Notes: generated from the sequence alone by a model not told the origin. Counted from the first letter of the stretch, positions 17,944 through 25,124 are shown. The stretch is DNA of 64,000 nucleotides from Clostridia bacterium (GCA_017399305.1 JAFQDK010000018.1:2363-66362), one strand, 5' to 3'. Numbers and translations are program-made.

Positions 17944-18378
17944 TTAAAACGGTAAATCGTCTTCTTCACTTATCGATTCAAACTTCGGTGTAGCTTCAGT
18001 ATTTGAATATGCTTCGGGTACATATGCACTGCCGTTATTGTCGCCTGCATTATCGTCCTTGCCGCCGACAAATCCAACTTCATTTGCAATAACCTCGGTG
18101 ACGTATCTCTTCTCGCCCTTATTATCTGTGTAGGAGCGTGTCTGTATCTCTCCCTCAACAAGAATAGGCTTACCTTTCTTAAAATACTGTGCGACAAATT
18201 CTGCCGTCTTGCGCCATACAACGCAGTTAACAAAATCTGTTGTCTGCGTGCCGTCTTTTCCCCTGTACTTGCGGTTAATAGCAACTGTAAACGATGCTAC
18301 CGATACACCTTCGGGTGTCTGCTTAAGTTCAATATCTTTGGTAATGTTACCGATAAGAATTACTTTGTTAAAAGCCAT
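17944..18378 (-). CDS. ssb: Single-stranded DNA-binding protein
   Basis: MAFNKVILIGNITKD...OB fold, Gly-rich linker, acidic tail ending DDLPF. Confidence 0.9.
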   Translation of the reverse strand: MAFNKVILIGNITKDIELKQTPEGVSVASFTVAINRKYRGKDGTQTTDFVNCVVWRKTAEFVAQYFKKGKPILVEGEIQTRSYTDNKGEKRYVTEVIANEVGFVGGKDDNAGDNNGSAYVPEAYSNTEATPKFESISEEDDLPF

Positions 18379-18589
18379 TGTTATTCTCCAATCTGTATTT
18401 CTTATAATATGTTGTCTCGCCGTATCTATTGATGCCGCTTACGGTCTCTGATGTTATTCGGTGACCTTTTCTTTTAAGGTCGGTTATTCTTGAAGCAAGC
18501 CGCATAATTCCATATTCTTTTATGGCTTCAAGCGAAGTTATGCTACCATAATCTTCAAGATGTCGCATGATTCTTTCACATTGTGTCAT
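18368..18589 (-). CDS. Small winged-helix-like DNA-binding protein
   Basis: 73 aa, LASRITDLKRKGHRI motif. Confidence 0.4.
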   Translation of the reverse strand: MTQCERIMRHLEDYGSITSLEAIKEYGIMRLASRITDLKRKGHRITSETVSGINRYGETTYYKKYRLENNNGF

Positions 18590-18858
18590 AAATAACTCTT
18601 TCTGAATAGTTTTATAAACTCTTCTCTTGTATGCTCACGCTCAAATTTTCGCTGTGCAGCACGTTTTAATTTTTTGTTTGTGTTCTCGTTAAGGTGAACA
18701 GAATTAGGGCTGTACACATGGCAATACGGACACAATAAACAGGTCATGCCATACCGTTCACTTCGTTTGCGCAAGCTGCCTTCAAAAATGTGATGTACGT
18801 GCATAAAACCAACCTTGCCGCATATCACGCATTTTCCCTCAGCCATTACTTCTCCCAC
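18586..18858 (-). CDS. Zinc-finger/HNH-like (NinG/DUF968-like) protein, tentative
   Basis: CVICGK...HHIFEG...CLLCPYCH. Confidence 0.4.
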   Translation of the reverse strand: MGEVMAEGKCVICGKVGFMHVHHIFEGSLRKRSERYGMTCLLCPYCHVYSPNSVHLNENTNKKLKRAAQRKFEREHTREEFIKLFRKSYL

Positions 18859-19349
18859 CTTTCAAGCAGTAGTGCAAGTTCTGCCGGTGTTGCCGTTTCA
18901 ATGTCAAGAGCCTTGCAGTCTTGTACAACAAGGTCGATTAAGCGTGACATTTGCGCTGTATCATAAGTAGAAGAACCGCGATACGCAATCACCGTTGCAC
19001 AACCGGGCAACTTCGATTCTCCGCGTACTGCAACATTCCCAAGGTGCCCTTGCGACCAAGCTTTGCAAAAATCGTCTACGGCTTCTTCTTTCATACAGTA
19101 CACATCTCTAACGCCTACTTCTATTATGTAGTCACGGTATAATTGGGTAGTGCCGGGCAAGTATCTCTTTTCCGCCAACTTGCCGAGCAACACCCAAAAA
19201 TACGCGTTTGCATCAAGACTGCGCTTTTTACGAGATTTGTCTATCGTCATGACATACTCGGTGCTATCGTCAAGACTCTGGAAAAATTGCCCGAGCCTTG
19301 ACATAAGACCGAATGCATCAGATTTCTTAAAACGAAATTCTTGCTTCAT
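18846..19349 (-). CDS. Recombination-module protein (NinB/Orf-like, tentative)
   Basis: 167 aa next to Erf; RSLDANAYFWVLLGKLAEK motif. Confidence 0.35.
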   Translation of the reverse strand: MKQEFRFKKSDAFGLMSRLGQFFQSLDDSTEYVMTIDKSRKKRSLDANAYFWVLLGKLAEKRYLPGTTQLYRDYIIEVGVRDVYCMKEEAVDDFCKAWSQGHLGNVAVRGESKLPGCATVIAYRGSSTYDTAQMSRLIDLVVQDCKALDIETATPAELALLLERWEK

Positions 19350-20041
19350 ATCGCTTTAAGTACCTTGTCGAAATCAGTACATTTTATCTCAGCGGTTTTG
19401 TTTACGCCGAACATTTTGAGAAAATCGCCGTACTTAGCAATGTTATCACCTGCGACTTGTCCGTTTTTTGCTTCCCAAGCATCCATAATTTGTTTCTGTT
19501 GTGCAACCGTCAATGTATTCTTAACAGGCGGTGCTTCTACTTTTGGAACTTGAGTTTCTGCTTCTGCGGTATTCTTGCATTTATAATTGTTTTCTTCGCT
19601 TGCGGATTGGTCAGGGTCGTCCCCTGTTGAGATTTTATATGCTTTCATAAGCGCATACTTATCTGCATACGTCATTGCCTTACCGCTTCCTTTGTCTTGC
19701 GAATCAATACCCTCGGCAAAGGTTGTTGTTTCAATATATTCTTCAGGCTTTTCAACGTTTACAAAGCGATAAATTGTTTCTATTCTCGTCATGAAGATTG
19801 TTTTTTTGGTTGTTTGACCGTTGTATGTGCTTTCACTTTCAAGCATATTGCTTTCAAGTACCTTGCGACTTACAGGATAACTGTAAACACCATGCTCGGT
19901 TTCAAGGGGCTTTACCGCATCAAGAATATCCCTTTCCGACACGGCTTTGTATGAAGTTGTTTTTGTCTGTTGCACCGTCAAGTTCTTTGCAACCGTCTGT
20001 AATTCTGCGGTTATAGCCGCCATTTTTTCAAATATGTTCAT
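19346..20041 (-). CDS. erf: ERF-family single-strand annealing protein
   Basis: ORF 19346-20074; ATG at 20041 (MNIFEKMAAITAELQTV) has GAGGAG RBS; ERF-like N-terminus. Confidence 0.7.
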   Translation of the reverse strand: MNIFEKMAAITAELQTVAKNLTVQQTKTTSYKAVSERDILDAVKPLETEHGVYSYPVSRKVLESNMLESESTYNGQTTKKTIFMTRIETIYRFVNVEKPEEYIETTTFAEGIDSQDKGSGKAMTYADKYALMKAYKISTGDDPDQSASEENNYKCKNTAEAETQVPKVEAPPVKNTLTVAQQKQIMDAWEAKNGQVAGDNIAKYGDFLKMFGVNKTAEIKCTDFDKVLKAI

Positions 20042-20255
20042 CTTTATTCTCCTCAAACTCAAGCGGGCAATCATCCGCTATAATCTCAATCGAATACACA
20101 ACATTACCTGTCAATCTGCAAAAATGTCGGCTGTTGGCTTCGTCAGCCCTTAAATGCGGACACCATTTGCACTTAACATCATCTTCAGGAAAATGAACTG
20201 GGATGTGCGCTATTGCAGTTGTGTACCAAGTAATACCTTTATCAAATTTACCCAT
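20028..20255 (-). CDS. Small Cys-rich hypothetical protein
   Basis: 75-aa ORF. Confidence 0.35.
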   Translation of the reverse strand: MGKFDKGITWYTTAIAHIPVHFPEDDVKCKWCPHLRADEANSRHFCRLTGNVVYSIEIIADDCPLEFEENKDEHI

Positions 20256-20502
20256 GACACATAGCCTCTCTTATCCAAGCTTCTTTCCTGTCGAGCGCTT
20301 CAAGTAAATTTGCTCTATCTTCTTCAAGATGTTTTAAGTCTGCTAATAGCTTTTCCATCTTAGTTATATCTGCATCGCAGAAGTCGCACTCCGCTTCGTT
20401 TTGCACAAGTAGCCAGGTCTCTTTTATTTCCTGTTCTTTCTGCTCAAGTAAATATTCAATCGATGGTTCAGCCTCTTTGCGTTCAAAAAACGACATTTTC
20501 AT
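20248..20502 (-). CDS. Small acidic coiled-coil hypothetical protein
   Basis: 84-aa ORF. Confidence 0.35.
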   Translation of the reverse strand: MKMSFFERKEAEPSIEYLLEQKEQEIKETWLLVQNEAECDFCDADITKMEKLLADLKHLEEDRANLLEALDRKEAWIREAMCHG

Positions 20503-21085
20503 TCTCCTTTATGTTTAGATACCACTCTATAAAGTCTCGCGCATACTCAAATGACCATGCAACAATGCATCTGTGTCCCTGCGCTCTCAATTTACAGAGC
20601 CATTGATTTTGTTCTACCGTAGGCTTGCCGCCATCGGCTTTCATTTCTATGTATAGGCTGTGCCACTTTCCACGAGCCACAGGTAAGCAAAGGTCGGGCA
20701 CACCTCTTTTAAGTCCGAGAGCTTTAAGTATTGCGCCTGCAATTTTTGACCGCTTGCCCTCATTGGGGACATGATATATAAGGTCAAGCTCAGGGTATTT
20801 GCCTTTCATGGCCTCACACCAATCAATCAGGGCTCTTTGGTCAGCAGTTTCGTCAATACAGGATTTGTACCCCTCATTACCATATAAAGGCTTGCTTTTT
20901 TCTTTGGTTTGTGATATACTTGATTTGTATCTATCAGCGGGTGTTTTCTCACCCCTTGCCTCTGCGGTTGCCGCCGCAGGGGCTTTTTCTTTTTCTGTCC
21001 TCGCTTTTATCCGGAAGCCCACGCACATGCACCGCTCTCCCGGATCAAGCGTTGCTCCGCACTCAGGGCAAAAATAATTGTGCAA
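20483..21085 (-). CDS. VRR-NUC domain nuclease with N-terminal zinc ribbon
   Basis: CPECG..CMC then VPDLCLPVARGKWHSLYIEMK...QNQWLCKLRAQGH (PD-(D/E)xK VRR-NUC pattern). Confidence 0.75.
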   Translation of the reverse strand: MHNYFCPECGATLDPGERCMCVGFRIKARTEKEKAPAAATAEARGEKTPADRYKSSISQTKEKSKPLYGNEGYKSCIDETADQRALIDWCEAMKGKYPELDLIYHVPNEGKRSKIAGAILKALGLKRGVPDLCLPVARGKWHSLYIEMKADGGKPTVEQNQWLCKLRAQGHRCIVAWSFEYARDFIEWYLNIKENENVVF

Positions 21086-21089
21086 TTCA

Positions 21090-22118
21090 TCATCTCCTTA
21101 ATATTTGATTTATTTTCGTGTCCATAGCCATACCCAAGTTATAGCAATTACCGTGCGATATGTGATTTTTCCATGCTCCGTAAGAAGTATCAAACTTTTC
21201 TATAGGCAATTTACCATTCACAACAAGCTTTGCCATTCGCAAATACTTTTTCTGTGCATTGCGCTTGTTTTGGTTCTTCAACTTGCGTATTACCTTGCCG
21301 CCGCTTGCAACATAGGTATGAAAACCGAGATAATTAACACCGCTTTTGAATGGGAATATCTGTGTTTTGCCATTGAGTTCAAGACCAAGTGTTATAAGAA
21401 ACTCCGTTATCGCCTCAAGGCAATATTTTAAATATTCCTTGCTCGGATGCATTAGATAGAAATCGTCCATGTATCTGCCGTAATACTCAATACCGAGTTC
21501 ACGGACGATAAGCTTGTCCATGCCATCAAGATATAGCAAAGCAAATCCTTGATTTATCTGATTACCGAGCGGTATTCCTTTGCCCTCGGTACTGTCAATA
21601 AACAAATTACAGAGCCAGCATATATCAGGATCATATGAGAAGTAGTATTCAACAATATCCTTTAATTGCTCGTGCGATATATTGTAGAAAAACTTTAATA
21701 TATCACACTTTAAGATGTAGCCGTTGCAACCGTATTTTCTGTAAAAAGCTTTCATATGAAAACTCAAACGGTCAAGTGCAAATAATGTTCCTTTACCTTT
21801 TTGCCCTGCGGCATTGTCATATAGGAAAATTCTCTGCATCTTTGGAAGTAGCACATTATCACATAGACTATGCTGCACGACCTTATCTTTGAAAGATGTC
21901 GTCTGTATAATACGCTCTTTAGGCTCGTATACTTTGAACTCGTTATACTTTGATATTCTGTAAGTTCTGTCGCTAAGTTGCGAAATCAACCGATTAATTG
22001 CATCTAATGCCATAGCACCGAATTTAGCAGAACTCTTTTTATAGCCTTTACCGCTTTTTGCTTTGCGGTAAGCTCTATACATGTTTTCAAAGTCTATTAC
22101 TTTCTCAAAATCGGTCAT
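21090..22118 (-). CDS. DGR-type reverse transcriptase
   Basis: YMDD box (GRYMDDFYLMH), GIPLGNQINQ in place of DGR-typical [LI]GxxxSQ, N-terminus MTDFEKVIDFENMYRAYRKAKSGK; I start at ATG 22118 because the track ORF (to 22295) reads through the TR. Confidence 0.85.
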   Translation of the reverse strand: MTDFEKVIDFENMYRAYRKAKSGKGYKKSSAKFGAMALDAINRLISQLSDRTYRISKYNEFKVYEPKERIIQTTSFKDKVVQHSLCDNVLLPKMQRIFLYDNAAGQKGKGTLFALDRLSFHMKAFYRKYGCNGYILKCDILKFFYNISHEQLKDIVEYYFSYDPDICWLCNLFIDSTEGKGIPLGNQINQGFALLYLDGMDKLIVRELGIEYYGRYMDDFYLMHPSKEYLKYCLEAITEFLITLGLELNGKTQIFPFKSGVNYLGFHTYVASGGKVIRKLKNQNKRNAQKKYLRMAKLVVNGKLPIEKFDTSYGAWKNHISHGNCYNLGMAMDTKINQILRR

Positions 22119-22222
22119 GCAGTTAAGTCCTTTTTGTTTATCCTTTTCGGAAAGGTCGCGCATTCTTTTGATGTGGAGTTCTGATTTGGGCTTATGCCTA
22201 CTCTGTCTGACTATCCACCAGT

Positions 22223-22286
22223 ACGGACGCACGCCGTTGTTGTTGTTACTGCTCATGTTGTTGATGTTGCCATCCGGCGAAACGCA
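22223..22286 (-). repeat. DGR template repeat (TR), 64 nt
   Basis: Minus strand TGCGTTTCGCCG GAT GGC AAC ATC AAC AAC ATG AGC AGT AAC AAC AAC AAC GGCGTGCGTCCGT; 19 A, seven AAC codons, A-free flanks shared with both VRs. Confidence 0.8.
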
Positions 22287-22311
22287 AAAACACAACGCGC
22301 AACCTATAAGT

Positions 22312-22689
22312 TTATTTTTGTTCTTTTGTTCTCCATGCGATAGCCATATACTTCACATCAGAAACCAACTTAGACCAGTAAGCAGCAGATTTTGGTGCTA
22401 ACGATACAACTTCCATTGAAAGCTCAATGAAAAACAATAATTCATCGCAATATGTAATTGCCTTGGTTATCGTCTCGCACCGTAAATACTTATTTGTTGC
22501 ATTATTTATCCTGTTAGCTTCAAGCAATAATTCATCTATCTCGATGCTCTTGATTTGAATTTTGTTACACAGTGAAACTCGGTATTTTTTAGGGTATCTA
22601 TCGCTATTGGAAGTTAATTTAAATGAATGTACGGCAAGTTCTTTTGCTTTTATAACAACTTTTAATTCGTTGTCTTTTTCTTTAGTCAT
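22312..22689 (-). CDS. avd: Avd-like accessory variability determinant (four-helix-bundle protein)
   Basis: About 125 aa, basic, helical; ATG at 22689 overlaps target-1 stop (ATGACTAA); sits between target and TR as in canonical DGRs. Confidence 0.75.
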   Translation of the reverse strand: MTKEKDNELKVVIKAKELAVHSFKLTSNSDRYPKKYRVSLCNKIQIKSIEIDELLLEANRINNATNKYLRCETITKAITYCDELLFFIELSMEVVSLAPKSAAYWSKLVSDVKYMAIAWRTKEQK

Positions 22690-23209
22690 CACAAGATACA
22701 AAGATAGAAGATACAAAGTTCAAAAACGGACGCACGCCGCGGCAGCCGTAACTGACGTAGAAATCGTAGATGTCGCCGGACGGCGAAACGCAAAGGCACC
22801 AATTATCACCGAAATATTCATCTGTGCTATCAGGCGTAGCAAGCCACCAATATTTATCAAGCTTATGCTTTTCAAACAATGGGCGGTTTTTGCGGTAAAA
22901 ATCAAGTGTGGGTATGCTGATTCTTGATGTCATAACACCATACTTAGCCGAACCATCTAAAGAAAGCAAATCAGTTTCAAACTCAAGCACGTTTTCAGCA
23001 CCTACAATATTTTCAATCTCCGGCAATACTTCTTCCGTGAGACGCTTCATAATATCGCTACTTCTGAAATCGTTATTATCGCCGAAACGAGAATCGAAAA
23101 GTCTATCCTTGCATACTGCAATAACTCTGCCGTTTTCTTCGCCAAAATTGATAAATTCATATTTGCCAAGGTTGAAAGTTCCATCGGCATTTACTTTGAT
23201 TTTTTCCAT
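22682..23209 (-). CDS. DGR target protein 1 (C-terminal variable region, CLec/DUF6273-like WWLATP...GVRPF)
   Basis: 175 aa; C-terminus ..WWLATPDSTDEYFGDNWCLCVSPSGDIYDFYVSYGCRGVRPF carries VR1. Confidence 0.8.
   Translation of the reverse strand: MEKIKVNADGTFNLGKYEFINFGEENGRVIAVCKDRLFDSRFGDNNDFRSSDIMKRLTEEVLPEIENIVGAENVLEFETDLLSLDGSAKYGVMTSRISIPTLDFYRKNRPLFEKHKLDKYWWLATPDSTDEYFGDNWCLCVSPSGDIYDFYVSYGCRGVRPFLNFVSSIFVSCDD
22726..22792 (-). repeat. DGR variable repeat VR1, 67 nt
   Basis: Same A-free flanks as TR; 3' 28 nt differ from TR only at TR adenines (7 of 9 A changed, 0 of 19 non-A). Confidence 0.75.
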
Positions 23210-23223
23210 GTTACTTCTCCTTT

Positions 23224-23829
23224 TTAAGATACAAAGATATCAGAGTCTAAGATACAAAACGGACGCACGCCCGTGGAGTCGTTGAAACTGCCGTAGCAAT
23301 TGAGGACGTCGCCGGCCGGCGAAACGCATTTGACCGTTTCGGAATAGCCATGCTTAGGAGTGCTGAACGGCGTTGCAAGCCACCACCAATCCTTTACTTT
23401 GTACTTATCAAGGATTTCTACATACTTGCGGTAAAGATTGCATGTGAGCAACGATACACGCGCCATAGTTGAACCGTAGCACTTGAGTCCATCATCCGCG
23501 GTTAAGTCTACACTATGCATACAGATGTTTTCTTCTCCGACAATTTCAGCAATCTCATCGGCGAACTTATCAAGGCGATTCTTTACATCGCTTGACTTAT
23601 AATCGTTGCTTTTGCCGAATTCCATTATTTCAAGAAAATCGCGCATCAGCAAATATGTATTGCCAGATTGATGCTCAAGCACAATAAATTCATACTCGCC
23701 GATTTCGACTGTTTCGCCTACGGTTGCATCACCGAGTTTCACCTGCGGAACAAATTGGCTTTTGATACTGTCAATCTGTTCTTTTGTTAACGGTATTTTC
23801 TTTCCGTTGATACATAAATAGTTTTTCAT
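23224..23829 (-). CDS. DGR target protein 2 (paralog of target 1)
   Basis: 201 aa; ..WWWLATPFSTPKHGYSETVKCVSPAGDVLNCYGSFNDSTGVRPF carries VR2; alignable with target 1 over most of its length. Confidence 0.8.
   Translation of the reverse strand: MKNYLCINGKKIPLTKEQIDSIKSQFVPQVKLGDATVGETVEIGEYEFIVLEHQSGNTYLLMRDFLEIMEFGKSNDYKSSDVKNRLDKFADEIAEIVGEENICMHSVDLTADDGLKCYGSTMARVSLLTCNLYRKYVEILDKYKVKDWWWLATPFSTPKHGYSETVKCVSPAGDVLNCYGSFNDSTGVRPFCILDSDIFVS
23259..23328 (-). repeat. DGR variable repeat VR2, 70 nt
   Basis: Flanks TGCGTTTCGCCG and GGCGTGCGTCCGT identical to TR; centre two codons longer than TR. Confidence 0.7.
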
Positions 23830-23840
23830 GTTATATCTCC

Positions 23841-24059
23841 TTATAAATAATAGTTTCTATAGATATTCTTTCTATGTTGCTTATTCTTGTAATAAACCGT
23901 CTGTATATCAAACAGCCAGTTGCAAGCTCTACGCTTTATGGCACCTAACACACGGGGGATATTTTCCCACTCGTCTGCAATGGTCCCGATAATACATAAA
24001 ACCACCGCAAACAATGCGATAAAGCCTACGCCCCAAAGCCATGTTTCAAAGAATGTCAA
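23841..24059 (-). CDS. Small membrane protein
   Basis: 72 aa, one TM helix (WLWGVGFIALFAVVLCIIGTI). Confidence 0.4.
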   Translation of the reverse strand: MTFFETWLWGVGFIALFAVVLCIIGTIADEWENIPRVLGAIKRRACNWLFDIQTVYYKNKQHRKNIYRNYYL

Positions 24060-24391
24060 AACAAACCACTCTCCTTGTCTATATATCCAGGATACGGATT
24101 GTTTGCTTCCGCATACCGTACCGATGTCTTGTACGCAAGCTGAGGAGCATTACACACAAAGAATAAATGAGTCGGTATGCAAAAGCCTCTGTTGCCACCC
24201 GCCGTTTTTTGCCACCCAAAGCCAAACGGACAACTGCCTGTGCTGATGCTCTCCCTAAGACTTTCAGGAGCCATGCCGAGAAACCTTGCCGCCTCTGCAG
24301 CAGGTATCGTTATAGGATACTTTTCACATAGCTCCATAAGCTCACGGAATCGCTTTTCAACACACTCGGGCATTCTAAAGATTTCTGCCAT
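24056..24391 (-). CDS. Early-operon hypothetical protein (possible HTH)
   Basis: 111-aa ORF, ITIPAAEAARFLGMAPESLRESI HTH-like. Confidence 0.4.
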   Translation of the reverse strand: MAEIFRMPECVEKRFRELMELCEKYPITIPAAEAARFLGMAPESLRESISTGSCPFGFGWQKTAGGNRGFCIPTHLFFVCNAPQLAYKTSVRYAEANNPYPGYIDKESGLF

Positions 24392-24473
24392 GATTATCCC
24401 TCCTTATAAATTTTGTTTTCCTTGCTTTCTAAAAGCACAACTGCTATACTTGAAAAGAAGGAAGTGAATTTAA

Positions 24474-24848
24474 ATGAAAACTAAAATTAAAGTAACTCAG
24501 CGAAATGTGAATAAAGTTCTTGATTATCTAAGTACCTACCCTTATTCCAAAGGCAAAATGATGTTCGTTGATGAAAAATTCTATAGCGGGCTACGTTTGA
24601 GCAAAGTTAAAGTCAATCAAACACTTAATGCGTTGCAAGAATTAAATATTATTGAAATAACACCACCGGTTTATAATAAACCTGCTACTATTTACCTTGC
24701 CGCCGGAGCTTTTTCTTATCGATTACTCAATCGTCAAAGCTTAACTCGCTTTTTGATACCTACTATTATTTCTGCCATAGCTCTGCTTAAAGCATTTGAT
24801 AGAGAACTGCTATTATTAGCCGAATTGATAGTAGACCTGCTAAAATAA
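24474..24848 (+). CDS. Plus-strand insert gene in the early operon (wHTH-like N-terminus plus C-terminal hydrophobic segment)
   Basis: 124-aa ORF with GAAGGAAG RBS, opposite orientation to all neighbours. Confidence 0.4.
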   Translation: MKTKIKVTQRNVNKVLDYLSTYPYSKGKMMFVDEKFYSGLRLSKVKVNQTLNALQELNIIEITPPVYNKPATIYLAAGAFSYRLLNRQSLTRFLIPTIISAIALLKAFDRELLLLAELIVDLLK

Positions 24849-24924
24849 TCAACGGCACCACAAAATCAGAAACCGATGTTATTACAATTCGCTGTTCTGC
24901 AATTTCTTTCTTTTTTTGTCTCAT
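24787..24924 (-). CDS. Possible 45-aa membrane peptide coupled to cro
   Basis: ATG overlaps cro stop (TAATG); MRQKKKEIAEQRIVITSVSDFVVPLIILAGLLSIRLIIAVLYQML; overlaps 3' end of 24474-24848 antisense. Confidence 0.25.
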   Translation of the reverse strand: MRQKKKEIAEQRIVITSVSDFVVPLIILAGLLSIRLIIAVLYQML

Positions 24925-25124
24925 TACAACTCCTTTGTTATATTAAGAATTTCGCATATAGCATCTACTATAACAGAGTTCTCATATTTGCCCGTGAGCG
25001 TCTTGTGCATATACGAGGTGTCAAAATACAGCCCCGTCTTGGCTTTTATCTGCTCAATAAGCCATGCTTGGTTCTTGTCCATGTCGATAAGAGCCTTTTT
25101 TACTTTCTTGCCAAATTCAGACAA
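24924..25124 (-). CDS. cro: Cro-like small HTH regulator
   Basis: Track ORF 24924-25142 starts at a TTG without SD; internal TTG at 25124 is 8 nt after AAAGGAG; divergent partner of cI-like gene. Confidence 0.55.
   Translation of the reverse strand: MSEFGKKVKKALIDMDKNQAWLIEQIKAKTGLYFDTSYMHKTLTGKYENSVIVDAICEILNITKEL

Noticed and set aside
21090-22295. Retron, group II intron or Abi-type interpretation of the reverse transcriptase
   Set aside because: The RT is only about 343 aa, with no maturase/X or endonuclease domains and no intron-like RNA domains flanking it. It is preceded by an Avd-like gene and an AAC-rich repeat matching the 3' ends of two upstream genes, with adenine-specific differences. 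That arrangement is diagnostic of a DGR.
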